Origin: Nitrospiraceae bacterium
GTDB lineage: Bacteria; Nitrospirota; Nitrospiria; Nitrospirales; Nitrospiraceae
Direction of reading: 5' to 3'
DNA length: 64,000 nucleotides
Assembly (NCBI GenBank): GCA_050246315.1
Contig: JBFWWG010000007.1
Coordinates: 96,001-160,000, forward strand
The position numbers and the translations under genes are program-made. Position 1 is the first letter of the stretch. Every line of letters begins with the position of its first letter. This document shows positions 9,400 to 19,051 of this stretch, piece by piece. The notes below the pieces were generated by a model that was not told where the DNA came from, did no database searches, and was given only the letters and a program-made list of their open reading frames with translations.

Positions 9400-10605
9400 A
9401 TGCAACAGCCTCCCACGATCTCCGTCTCCGACACGCCCTCGCCGCGAAGCCATGTGGCCGAGCAGCCGAGCAAAGCGGGACTATCCACCGATCACGCTCC
9501 GGTCTTGGAACTCCGCCGCATTTCTTGCGCCTATCAATCCAACAGGTCGGCCATCACGGACATTTCCCTGACAGTGGGAAGCGGAGAAATCGTCTGCCTG
9601 TTAGGGCCGTCCGGGTGCGGAAAGACAACAACATTGCGGGCGATCGCAGGATTCGAACCGGTCGTGGCTGGAGAGATCTATCTCGCCGGCAACCTCATGT
9701 CCTCCCCATCCGTCCAAGTGCCGACCGAAGCGCGCAGTGTCGGGATGGTATTTCAAGAGTATGCGCTGTTCCCGCATCTCCGTGTCGCGGATAACATTAC
9801 CTTCGGGCTGACCAAGCTGCCCGCCGCCCAGCGTCAAGCCCGTGTGACTGCCATGCTTGAATTGACGGGTCTGGTCGGGTTGGAGCATCGCTACCCGCAC
9901 GAACTCTCCGGCGGACAACAGCAACGAGTGGCGCTGGCTCGCGCCCTGGCCCATCATCCCGTCGTCCTGCTGCTCGACGAACCGTTCAGCAACCTGGACC
10001 CGGACATGGCCTCCAAGATGCGCCGCGAGTTGCACATCCTACTGAAACGGACCAATATCACCACCATTCTCGTGACACACGATCATGAGGCCGCGTTCGC
10101 CATCGCCGACCGCATTGCGGTCTTGAACGAAGGGCGTCTGGAGCAACTCGACACGCCGGAAATGATCTACCACCTTCCGGCGACTCGCTTCGTAGCCGAC
10201 TTTGTCGGCCATGCCGACTTTGTCCCGGGCGTCGTACAGGATGGTCGGGTGACGACGGATCTGGGTGACTTCCCCAACCACGGGAAGTTTCCTCCCGGTA
10301 CGCCGCTGGTCGTCATGATCCGGCCTGACGACATTCGCCTCTCCCCGGACCCGCAAGGGCGTGCCCGTATCCTTTCGCGTCAATTTAGGGGATCGGAGAA
10401 TCTGTACAACATTCAGTTGCCCTCAGGCCGATTCATCCACAGCATCGAGTCTTCGACCGCGATTTATCCACCGGGCACATCCGTGACCATAAGGATCGAG
10501 GCAGCGCACACGGTGCTCTTCAAGCAACAGGCGGGTCCGGCATCTGCGTCAACCGATGCGCCACAACCGCCTGCATCCGGTATGATCGATGGAGGCCCTT
10601 GTTGA
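9400..10605 (+). CDS. fbpC: Fe(III) ABC transporter ATP-binding protein
   Basis: GPSGCGKT, LSGGQQQR and LLLDEP; C-terminal TOBE-like domain. Confidence 0.92.
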   Translation: MQQPPTISVSDTPSPRSHVAEQPSKAGLSTDHAPVLELRRISCAYQSNRSAITDISLTVGSGEIVCLLGPSGCGKTTTLRAIAGFEPVVAGEIYLAGNLMSSPSVQVPTEARSVGMVFQEYALFPHLRVADNITFGLTKLPAAQRQARVTAMLELTGLVGLEHRYPHELSGGQQQRVALARALAHHPVVLLLDEPFSNLDPDMASKMRRELHILLKRTNITTILVTHDHEAAFAIADRIAVLNEGRLEQLDTPEMIYHLPATRFVADFVGHADFVPGVVQDGRVTTDLGDFPNHGKFPPGTPLVVMIRPDDIRLSPDPQGRARILSRQFRGSENLYNIQLPSGRFIHSIESSTAIYPPGTSVTIRIEAAHTVLFKQQAGPASASTDAPQPPASGMIDGGPC

Positions 10606-10741
10606 AATTCTTGGCGGTAGACATGAGTCTGGTCCTTTTTCTTGAATGTGAATTTTGAGGATCGGTCATTTCTGCTTCTTGAGTCACTTTCGAATCATCC
10701 ATCGCTCGCTCCAATAGGCGGCCGGAGCCGATAAGATCGTA

Positions 10742-10784
10742 TTGACGGAGGCGTCACACCTGTGGTATTGAAAACCGTTATCAA
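10742..10784 (+). promoter_or_regulatory. exbB promoter with overlapping Fur-box-like palindrome
   Basis: TTGACG at 10742; TGAAAAC-C-GTTATCA (7-1-7 inverted repeat) at 10769-10783 overlaps the -10 region. Confidence 0.65.
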
Positions 10785-10863
10785 CTACAGAAGTAGACTT
10801 ATGCCACGCTACGAGTCGTGTGTTTTATCATGATGGCGGTTTTGCGAATCGAGGGTACAGGCT

Positions 10864-11289
10864 ATGGAAGTCCTGAAAGAAACGGTGGATTACGGTGTGA
10901 TCGGGTTGCTCCTCGCGCTCAGTCTCTGGTGCGTAGCGGTTGCGGTGGAGCGGTGGTTGTTCTATCGCCAGGTTGACCTCGCCCAGTTTCCCAATCGGCA
11001 GGTTTTTGAGATCGCGCTCACCAAGCGCTTGGTGGTGATCGGCACGGTCGCGGCCAACGCACCGTATATCGGGCTCCTGGGAACGGTGTTGGGCATTATG
11101 TTGACCTTTCACACGATGGGGACCTCAAAAACGATCGCCGTCAGCGCCATCATGATCGGCCTGAGCTTGGCTCTCAAAGCCACCGCTGTCGGCCTGCTGG
11201 TCGCAATCCCCTGCGTCGTAATGAACAATGTGCTGAGACGGAAGGTCAGTGAGCTACTCACCCTTTATCAGGTCCAGCATGGATCGTGA
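10864..11289 (+). CDS. exbB: TonB system energizer ExbB (short form)
   Basis: APYIGLLGTVLGIM and ALKATAVGLLVAIP motifs. Confidence 0.93.
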   Translation: MEVLKETVDYGVIGLLLALSLWCVAVAVERWLFYRQVDLAQFPNRQVFEIALTKRLVVIGTVAANAPYIGLLGTVLGIMLTFHTMGTSKTIAVSAIMIGLSLALKATAVGLLVAIPCVVMNNVLRRKVSELLTLYQVQHGS

Positions 11290-11656
11290 GTTGAACCAAA
11301 TAAACGTGATCCCGCTCGTCGATGTGATGTTGGTTCTGCTGGTCATCGTGCTTACGACCGCAACCTTCATCACGACGGGGCAAATCCCGGTCGATCTGGC
11401 CAAGGCCAAAGAAGCGGGAGACAAGCAAGATGTCCCGTTGATCGTGACATTGACGGCGGACGGAGGTCTGTATTTCAACGATCAACCGGTTCAGCAGGAG
11501 GGTGGACTCAAGATTGCGATGAATACTCATCCTCGAGAATCGCTCGTCGTCGTACGGGCTGATCGTGTAACCATCCTGGACAGATTCGTGACCGTGGTGG
11601 ATGAAATCCGCGGCCTGGGGTTCCGTCAAGTCAGCCTTGAGGTCGTCAAGTCATGA
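11279..11656 (+). CDS. exbD: Biopolymer transporter ExbD
   Basis: INVIPLVDVMLVLL and VRAD motifs; the ATG overlaps the end of exbB. Confidence 0.93.
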   Translation: MDRELNQINVIPLVDVMLVLLVIVLTTATFITTGQIPVDLAKAKEAGDKQDVPLIVTLTADGGLYFNDQPVQQEGGLKIAMNTHPRESLVVVRADRVTILDRFVTVVDEIRGLGFRQVSLEVVKS

Positions 11657-12813
11657 ATTCGATGAGTCTGGCTCCTCGCGCCGGGGCGCTCCGACATACC
11701 CATGGCTGGACCGCCTCCGTGCTGGTCCATTGCTTGGCTCTCGGAGCCGCATTCGCCATGGTTACAAATCTGAAGCCGGAGCCTCCTTTGGAGATCTTCC
11801 ATTGGGAGGTTTCCACCGTGCAACCACCTGCGCCTCAGTCAGCGTCGGAACCGACCCCGCCCGCTCAAACATCGCAGCCGCCTGCTCCGAAGCAACCTCC
11901 TATGCAACCTGTACGGCATCAACCAGTCACTCAGCCCATTTCCCATGTTGTCAAAACGATTCAACCAGTCCAGCAGATTGTGAAGCAACAAAGTACAACG
12001 GCTATGCAATCCCTAACCCCGGTCACGACCTCCACGCCTCAGTCGGTTGCCCCGGCCAGCCAGGAGGTTCAGGCCGTTGAGCGAACACAAGAACTGGTGG
12101 AAATGGAGTCGGCGGAAACTGTTCCACTGGCGACTCACAGCACCGCGGAGGTCAAGGAATCTGCGGAGGTGAAAGAAGTGCCGGTGGTATCGGCACAATC
12201 CGCAAACGCCGTTGCCAACGAAGTGGTATCCGAATCCGTGACCTCGGCGGTCCCGAACCGTCCTGTGGTTTCCCAACAGGTTGTCGAGGCGCCTGTCCCG
12301 CAGGCAATCGAAGCGCCGCCTGTGAGCACATCCACGGTCACGGAGGTCGCCCAGGCTGCTCCGGTCGTCCAACAGCAGGCAGCGGTCTCGGAGGTCGCTC
12401 AGGTTGCCCCGGTCGTCCAACAGCAGGCCCCTTTCGTACAGGAGGCCAAGCTGGTCCCCCAGTCGGCGGGAGAGCCAACGGAAACCAGACAGGTTCCTGT
12501 GCGTTCCACCCCGACGACCAAGGCGGATTATGGGTGGCTTGTGGAGACCCTGTGGGGTCGCGTTGAGGAGTTGAAAAATTATCCTCACATGGCTCGTCTG
12601 AACCGATGGGAAGGCAAGGTCGTCTTGCGCGCCGTCATCAAAGATGATGGAGAACTGCTTTCGGTCGATGTCGTTTCAAGCTCCGGCCATGCCATTTTGG
12701 ACAAGGATGCCGTCGAGATCCTCCGAAAGGCATCACCGCTACACCTGAAGCATCCGCTCGGGAAGCCTCAGGTCATGGTTCAGGTGCCGATCAGCTATTC
12801 GCTGCGTCGCTAA
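11653..12813 (+). CDS. tonB: Energy transducer TonB (long linker)
   Basis: N-terminal TM helix with SxxxH; C-terminal YP..AR...EGKV...SSG..ILD domain. Confidence 0.9.
   Translation: MNSMSLAPRAGALRHTHGWTASVLVHCLALGAAFAMVTNLKPEPPLEIFHWEVSTVQPPAPQSASEPTPPAQTSQPPAPKQPPMQPVRHQPVTQPISHVVKTIQPVQQIVKQQSTTAMQSLTPVTTSTPQSVAPASQEVQAVERTQELVEMESAETVPLATHSTAEVKESAEVKEVPVVSAQSANAVANEVVSESVTSAVPNRPVVSQQVVEAPVPQAIEAPPVSTSTVTEVAQAAPVVQQQAAVSEVAQVAPVVQQQAPFVQEAKLVPQSAGEPTETRQVPVRSTPTTKADYGWLVETLWGRVEELKNYPHMARLNRWEGKVVLRAVIKDDGELLSVDVVSSSGHAILDKDAVEILRKASPLHLKHPLGKPQVMVQVPISYSLRR
12341..12428 (+). repeat. In-frame tandem duplication (48-bp period) in the TonB linker
   Basis: EVAQAAPVVQQQA / EVAQVAPVVQQQA, near-identical at the DNA level. 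Confidence 0.85.
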
Positions 12814-12971
12814 GCGCAGGCCACGATGCCGGTGCAGGAGGAGCGATCGCATCGTGCACAGTAGAAGATTGGCATTGTGACTCAAGAGTAAGAGGGTACC
12901 GCGGTCCGGGATTTCGGAGATCGCCATTCATCATCCATCATCTTGCAGCCAGTTCTGACGCGGAGGGTAAC

Positions 12972-13421
12972 GTGAAAGAGAGACAGTCTGTTCGGGCGCT
13001 GTTGATTCCAGGACTCATCCTCGCACTCGTTTGCAGTGTCACTGGGGCTGCGTTTGGTCAAGCGAAGCATGACAAAGCCTTTACTGCCACTGTGACCGAC
13101 GCACAGGGGATTGAAAGTGAGGTCAAGAATGTCCATTTCTACTGGGAGGAGAAGGTCAGCGAAACAGCGTTCGTCCCTCACGAATTGAGACACGTTCCCG
13201 TCAAGCGCGGCACGGCGACCGTCAACGTCAAATTCGACACGATCAAACAGATCGATATTAAGCCCGCCTCCGACAGCGGACTCCCGATGCTACTCATCAC
13301 CCTGAGCAACGGCAAGACCGGCGAATTTGCCTTGGCCATCGATGGGAAGTTCAAAGGGGAGTCCGACTTTGGTGAAGTAGAATTGCCTGCAGGCGGCCTC
13401 AGGAAGGTGGTCTTCAAGTGA
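12972..13421 (+). CDS. Exported hypothetical protein
   Basis: GGAGG RBS, signal peptide ending AFG|Q and a beta-rich mature part; lies between tonB and the receptor. Confidence 0.8.
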   Translation: MKERQSVRALLIPGLILALVCSVTGAAFGQAKHDKAFTATVTDAQGIESEVKNVHFYWEEKVSETAFVPHELRHVPVKRGTATVNVKFDTIKQIDIKPASDSGLPMLLITLSNGKTGEFALAIDGKFKGESDFGEVELPAGGLRKVVFK

Positions 13422-13536
13422 AGCCCCGCTTCACAAAGGGACGCCTGGGCGCCCCGAACCGTGTGGACGTCACGGCGAGCTACCCGTACTCGCTTTTTGT
13501 AGAGCTCACTCTCAGCCGTTAGACACTTTCAGGAGG

Positions 13537-15939
13537 ATGAAAACGATGTGTGAAGGGTTATCATGTAAATGGCTATTGAGAATAGGAACTAATTTTAATA
13601 TCAAGCCATGGACACGATTCGCCGCTTGGTACGTGCTCACGTTCTCATGCGTACTGATTGCACCCGCCTTCGCGCAATCGCCTTCGACGACGGAGCAGCC
13701 TGAGGAGACTTCGAAAAACGAGGCGGTTGGCTCCAAGGAGGAGGCGGTCCAGGTAAAAGAGGAGGCAGTCCAAGCAAAGGAAGAGGAAGCGCCCATCAAG
13801 ATTCCACTGACGGAAGTCATCGGCACCTCCCCTGAGGCATTGGAACATATTCCGGGCTCCGGTCGCGTCATCACGAAGGAGAGAATTGAGCAGAATCATC
13901 GTTTCTCCATCAATGAAACCCTGCGCGAGGTCCCCGGCGTCAATGTGCGGGACGAGGAGGGATTGGGAATTCGGCCGAACATCGGAATCCGCGGCCTCGA
14001 CCCGACCCGCAGCCGCAAAGTGCATATCATGGAAGACGGCGTACCGATCATGCTGATGCCCTACGCCGATCCCTCGGCCTATTATTTTCCTCCGATCTTT
14101 CGCTTCGATCGCATTGAAGTCCTGAAAGGCAGCGGCCAATTGCTCTTCGGACCGCAAAATATCGGCGGGGTGATGAACCTCATCACGCGCATGCCGCCCC
14201 CTACGCCAGAAGGGAATATTCAGTTCTGGGGCGGCAACCTCAACTATATCAACACCCATTTTGACTACGGAGGCACGTGGGGCAAGAGCGGATACTTGGT
14301 CGACTATACGCATTATCAAAGTGATGTGCCGCGCTTTACGAACACGCGGGCGAAGATCGACGACCTGACCTTCAAAACAGTGCAAGAGTTGAGCGATCGC
14401 ACTCAAATCCTGGCCAAGTTCAACTACTATCGAGAGGAATCCAGCATTGGCTACCAAGGCCTCACCGAAAGCATGTATGCACAGAATCCCCGCACGACTC
14501 CGTTCACGAACGACAATCTGGAGTTCCAGCGCATCGGCGCCCATGTCGCGGTCAATCACATGTTTACGGCCAATCTAACCTCGACCACTAATTTCTTCGG
14601 CCACTACATTGATCGGCCTTGGCAAAGGCAGTTCCAACAGGGCGTCGATGTCAACGGGAACCCTGTGGGCCCCGTCGTGCTCAGCAACAACATACCGGCC
14701 TCCTCCTATGCCGTCGTCCCGGCGGACGGTCGGTTTACCAACGCGCGGGAGTACTGGGTCTGGGGCGTCGAGCCGCGGTTCCATTATGTCCATCGGCTGT
14801 TCGGTATCAGCGCGGAGGCGGATTTCGGCGCACGGTACATGTACGAACAGGGCGACCGGATTCAGTACCGGAATCTCGCCTCCGGCGCGGGCGCCAATTT
14901 CAGTTGCTTCACCCCCCCGCCAGGCTCGACGACGTGCTTGGGGGAAAGCAATTTCCGTACGACGAACGCCTATGCCCTGTTTTTCCAAGAGCGGTTGATC
15001 ATGGGCAAATTCACCATTACTCCGGGAGTGCGGCTCGAGTACTTCAAATATACTGCGGACAACCGGTTGGCCAACAACGGCAACGGCAACTTCGGCGAAA
15101 CCGAATTCTTCGAGGCGTTGCCGGGCATCGGCGCCACATACTCCCTGAACAAGAACCATATGTTCTTTGCTGGAGCCCATCGCGGCATGTCCCCGCCATT
15201 GATCTCCGATGCGGTCACAGGGACCGGTGCCGTGGTGGACCTTGAACCCGAGTTGAGCTGGACTTACGAAATCGGCGCCAGGGGTACGCCGACTTACTGG
15301 GCCGGTTATGAACTGACCTTTTTCGAGTTGGACTTCCAAAACCAAATCGTTTCCCAGTCGGTTGCAGGGGGCGCCGGCGCGACGCAGACTAGTGCTGGCC
15401 ACACTCGACATCGCGGGATCGAATTCGCCACCAAATTGGACCTCTTGGACGCCGTGACTCGCCAAAACAATGATCAGGATCTCCTCTTCGACGTCAACTT
15501 TACCTGGGTCGCGGATGCGGAATTCAGAGGGACGCGGAACAGCTCCATCACGGGTTCCGCCCTGCTCCCCGGTGAACCCACCACGGTCAGCGTGACGGGC
15601 AACCGGCTGCCCTACGCTCCCGAGTATATGTTGACGGCCGGATTGGGCTACACCCACCGACCGTTTGGATTCAATGCCAGGCTGGAAACTCAATGTCTCA
15701 GCGACATGTACGCGGACGACCGGAACACCGTCACCCCCACGCCCAACGGACAGCGTGGGTTGATCAGCGGATGGTGCGTGCTGAACGCTGCCATCAACCA
15801 GTATGTCAAACCGATTAAGACGACATTTTTCTTTGTCGGCAAGAACATGCTGGGTCAAGACTTCATCGTGGATCGGACCCGAGGGATTTATTCGGGAATG
15901 CCGGCGCTCTGGCAGGCCGGAGCCAAATGGACGTTCTGA
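13537..15939 (+). CDS. TonB-dependent receptor, FecA-like
   Basis: Plug motifs (LREVPGVNVRDEEGLGIRPNIGIRG, RIEVLKGSG..LFGPQNIGGV.N) and a C-terminal Phe. The start may be 13546. Confidence 0.93.
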   Translation: MKTMCEGLSCKWLLRIGTNFNIKPWTRFAAWYVLTFSCVLIAPAFAQSPSTTEQPEETSKNEAVGSKEEAVQVKEEAVQAKEEEAPIKIPLTEVIGTSPEALEHIPGSGRVITKERIEQNHRFSINETLREVPGVNVRDEEGLGIRPNIGIRGLDPTRSRKVHIMEDGVPIMLMPYADPSAYYFPPIFRFDRIEVLKGSGQLLFGPQNIGGVMNLITRMPPPTPEGNIQFWGGNLNYINTHFDYGGTWGKSGYLVDYTHYQSDVPRFTNTRAKIDDLTFKTVQELSDRTQILAKFNYYREESSIGYQGLTESMYAQNPRTTPFTNDNLEFQRIGAHVAVNHMFTANLTSTTNFFGHYIDRPWQRQFQQGVDVNGNPVGPVVLSNNIPASSYAVVPADGRFTNAREYWVWGVEPRFHYVHRLFGISAEADFGARYMYEQGDRIQYRNLASGAGANFSCFTPPPGSTTCLGESNFRTTNAYALFFQERLIMGKFTITPGVRLEYFKYTADNRLANNGNGNFGETEFFEALPGIGATYSLNKNHMFFAGAHRGMSPPLISDAVTGTGAVVDLEPELSWTYEIGARGTPTYWAGYELTFFELDFQNQIVSQSVAGGAGATQTSAGHTRHRGIEFATKLDLLDAVTRQNNDQDLLFDVNFTWVADAEFRGTRNSSITGSALLPGEPTTVSVTGNRLPYAPEYMLTAGLGYTHRPFGFNARLETQCLSDMYADDRNTVTPTPNGQRGLISGWCVLNAAINQYVKPIKTTFFFVGKNMLGQDFIVDRTRGIYSGMPALWQAGAKWTF

Positions 15940-15989
15940 GCGGAATCGGCAAGTCGAACCATGAGCTTCGGACAAATAAAGGACTGAAC

Positions 15990-16175
15990 ATGATGACCCA
16001 ACGGGCCGTCAGAGACAGCCACCAGACCGACGACAGCGAGGATGTGCGTTGCGACTGCGGCCAGCTTGTGGCCCGATGGGTGGGCGACGACATCCAGATC
16101 AAATGCAAGCGGTGCCGGCGTCTTGTGCGGATCGCGGTGCCGAGATCCCGATCCTCCCCATCGGGCAAGTCCTGA
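15990..16175 (+). CDS. Com-family (phage Mu Com-like) zinc-ribbon protein
   Basis: RCDCGQLVA...IQIKCKRCRRLV matches the Com pattern RC..C.kLl......IeIkCpRC; AAAGGA RBS. Confidence 0.7.
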   Translation: MMTQRAVRDSHQTDDSEDVRCDCGQLVARWVGDDIQIKCKRCRRLVRIAVPRSRSSPSGKS

Positions 16176-16243
16176 CCGTCGGGAGACGAGGCGAGCTTCC
16201 TCGAACGGTCAACATTCGACACGAGGCCAGAGGTTTCAAACCC

Positions 16244-16282
16244 AGAGCCCACGATCGCGTGATGCGATCGTGGGCTTTTTTG
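16244..16282 (+). terminator. Intrinsic terminator in the leader of the HD-GYP gene
   Basis: Perfect 13-bp stem AGCCCACGATCGC/GCGATCGTGGGCT with a 5-nt loop and a T-run. Confidence 0.85.
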
Positions 16283-16306
16283 TCATGCGAGATCACGGAG
16301 AGGGAC

Positions 16307-17011
16307 ATGCCCATGTCACAGTACACCCCTGGATTCCCCATCGGAAGGGGCAACCTGCTCAGCATCTTGGAAGACTTGAAAGCACTCGATTTTGGGCCTC
16401 CCTCGTGCGCCATTCACTGGGCCGCGATCTCGCGTGTGGTCCGGGAGCTGGCCGCCCTGATCGATCGCATCTCTCCGCGACATCAAGGACACGGTCGCCG
16501 CACAGCCGACTTCGCTCACCGTCTCGGTTTGACTTTGGGTCTTCCATGGGACGAGCTCCGAGATCTGGCGCTGGCCTCACACCTCCACGATATCGGCCTC
16601 TTGGCGCTTCCGCCCGACCTCGTCAAAGAACATCGCGAACTCTCTCCGCAGGAATTCGTCCGCTACCAAAACCATCCTCGTTCCGGGGCCGAGCTCCTGG
16701 AGTCGATTTCTTTCCTCAAGCGCCCGGCGCTCTGGATCGCTCACCATCATGAGCGGTGGGACGGCTGTGGCTATCCCTACGGGTTGCGCGGCGAATACAT
16801 CCCGTTGGGTGCCAGGATACTGGCCATTGCAGACACCTTTGATCTGTATCTGCACCAAGCTGGCCACGCTCCCGAATCAAACATCCTGGCGGCCACGTCC
16901 CTGTTGCGGGTCGTAGCCGGTTCGCAACTGGACCCTGAGCTTGTCGAGCAGTTTCTCCAAATTGTCTCCTCACTTACATTTTCTGATCCCACACTTTTGG
17001 GATCTCATTGA
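16307..17011 (+). CDS. Stand-alone HD-GYP domain phosphodiesterase
   Basis: LHDIG and HHERWDGCGYP.GL.GE.IPLGARILAIADTFD; RBS before the ATG at 16307. Confidence 0.88.
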   Translation: MPMSQYTPGFPIGRGNLLSILEDLKALDFGPPSCAIHWAAISRVVRELAALIDRISPRHQGHGRRTADFAHRLGLTLGLPWDELRDLALASHLHDIGLLALPPDLVKEHRELSPQEFVRYQNHPRSGAELLESISFLKRPALWIAHHHERWDGCGYPYGLRGEYIPLGARILAIADTFDLYLHQAGHAPESNILAATSLLRVVAGSQLDPELVEQFLQIVSSLTFSDPTLLGSH

Positions 17012-17147
17012 AGATACGGCCCGGGAACATGGACATGATCGACAGCGGTTCGACAGCTTCATTCAATTTATTCGGCCACGAAGGATTCACCTACCCGGCA
17101 TGCACGGGTATAGGTGACGTCGGCTATCACCGAGGGAGGGGACTTCC

Positions 17148-18908
17148 ATGCTGTATCATTCGCCCACGCATTTGACATCAGGACCGTCCAATTGGGCCCG
17201 CTCGACTCTGTCCGGATTGCTCCTTGTTCTCCTTCTGACCGGCTGCGGTTCCGACTCCGACAACGCCAGCTCGACCGGTCAGACCAACCCCGCTCCAACC
17301 GGTACGGCAGGCGCCGAGGAAGATGTGGGCGAACGGCTGTTCGTGGAGACTCGGTTCGCCCGCGCTTTCAAGCTCTTTCTGGACGGGGGAGGGAAAGTCA
17401 ACGACCCGCTTCCTACAGGTGACCCGGTGATGAACGAAACACAGACCACCGGCCAGCCGCTGCCCGGCCCATTCGCAGGGATGTCCATGAACTGCCGCGC
17501 CTGCCACCTGGTGGACGAACAGGTCGGCGTCGCCGGAGGCGGCATGCGGACCTATGCGGATTTTGCGAGGCGGAGCCCCGTTCCGCAGGCGTCTGACGGC
17601 CATGTCACGAGTCCGAGACATGCTCCGCCGCTCGTCGGCGCCTCGGTGGATCGACCGGTTGGGACCCTATTTCACCTAGACGGAGAGTTCGCAACCATGG
17701 AAGATCTGGTTGCAGGCACCTTCACGGACCGCAATTTCGGATGGATGCCGGGGCAGAAAGCCGAGGCCATCCAACAACTGGCTCGGGTGATTCGCGAGGA
17801 CGACGGCAAGGGCAATCTCGCGCAGGAGTTTGACGGGCAATCCTATCGCATGCTACTTGCGGGGACCGACCCCGCCATCCCTGAAGATTTTCGGCTGCCA
17901 TCCGACTTCCGCATCAATGTGGACTCGAGCACGGATGAGGAGGTCTTCAATGCCGTGGTGCGGCTCGTCAGCGCCTATGTCACAGGACTCGAATTTTCCC
18001 AAGAGGACGAAGACGGCGTTCCGATCCGTTCGCCATTCGATATCTTTCTGGAGGTCAACAATCTTCCGCCGCAGCCTGACCAGAATGAACTCCCGCTCGA
18101 CTATAGCCGCCGGCTCCGCGGGCTGGTGGCTGGGCTCCAGAATCCAATATTCGTTCAGGCCAACCCCAATCGATCTGATGGCAAGTTCCAATTTCACGAC
18201 CAACCATTCCAGTTCGGTGCCAAGGAACTGGAGGGCTTGAAAATCTTTCTGAGTGAACCTCAGACGGCCACGGCATCACCGGAAGAATTGGCCCAGGGTA
18301 AAATCGGCAACTGCGTTCGCTGTCACGCCGCCCCTCATTTCACCGATTTCAAACTCCACAACACCGGCGTCAACCAAAAGGAATACGACGACCTGCACGG
18401 TGCAGGTCAATTTGCGCAGCTTGCGATACCATCTCTCTCGGCCAGGAAGGCCGCTCCGCAGCAATATCTGCCGGCAACCCATGAGCATCCCACCTATCAG
18501 GGGCCGTTCCGCTCTCCGCCATCGGCTTCGAATCCGGCACTGACGGACCTCGGCCTCTGGAACATCTTCGCCAACCCCGACATGCCCAATCCGCAAGCGA
18601 CGATCCGGGCGATCCTCTGTGAGGATCAGCCTTCTCCCTGCCCTTCGGACGACGTCCTGCTCCCGTTGACAATTGCTCGCTTCAAGACTCTCAGCCTCCG
18701 CGACCTCGGCCACTCGGCCCCCTATATGCACAACGGGCAACTCGACACTCTGGACGATATTGTGACCGCCTATCGGAACTCGTCCAACGCCGCGCGTGGC
18801 GGCACCCTCCGGAACCATGATCCGCTCCTTCTTGGGATTGCATTGACCGCAAGTGATGTCTCCCCGTTGGTCGCATTTCTTCATTCGCTCAATGAGGACT
18901 ACCAGTGA
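17148..18908 (+). CDS. Diheme cytochrome c peroxidase/MauG-family lipoprotein
   Basis: Lipobox LLTGC; two CxxCH motifs (CRACH, CVRCH); FKT.SLRDL..SAPYMHNG. Confidence 0.85.
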   Translation: MLYHSPTHLTSGPSNWARSTLSGLLLVLLLTGCGSDSDNASSTGQTNPAPTGTAGAEEDVGERLFVETRFARAFKLFLDGGGKVNDPLPTGDPVMNETQTTGQPLPGPFAGMSMNCRACHLVDEQVGVAGGGMRTYADFARRSPVPQASDGHVTSPRHAPPLVGASVDRPVGTLFHLDGEFATMEDLVAGTFTDRNFGWMPGQKAEAIQQLARVIREDDGKGNLAQEFDGQSYRMLLAGTDPAIPEDFRLPSDFRINVDSSTDEEVFNAVVRLVSAYVTGLEFSQEDEDGVPIRSPFDIFLEVNNLPPQPDQNELPLDYSRRLRGLVAGLQNPIFVQANPNRSDGKFQFHDQPFQFGAKELEGLKIFLSEPQTATASPEELAQGKIGNCVRCHAAPHFTDFKLHNTGVNQKEYDDLHGAGQFAQLAIPSLSARKAAPQQYLPATHEHPTYQGPFRSPPSASNPALTDLGLWNIFANPDMPNPQATIRAILCEDQPSPCPSDDVLLPLTIARFKTLSLRDLGHSAPYMHNGQLDTLDDIVTAYRNSSNAARGGTLRNHDPLLLGIALTASDVSPLVAFLHSLNEDYQ

Positions 18909-19051
18909 CCCACGCAAGTCAGTTCTCAGAACCACCGAGACCCGCATGGAACGGGCCACGAGGAGGCGGAGTTGTACCCCTCCGCCTCCTGGGCAGGGGG
19001 CTCCACCCCTCCTGCGGGTCCCCTGCCCACCATATTCAGGAGTGATCAAGC

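Noticed and set aside
13575..13603. AT-rich TTGAGAAT half-site near the receptor start
   Set aside because: No matching right half-site at 7-1-7 spacing; it may lie in coding sequence.
14575..15975. Long antisense and alternate-frame ORFs (also 8079-9398, 45461-46711, 60922-62751)
   Set aside because: These are shadow frames of well-supported genes in GC-rich DNA, with no motifs of their own.
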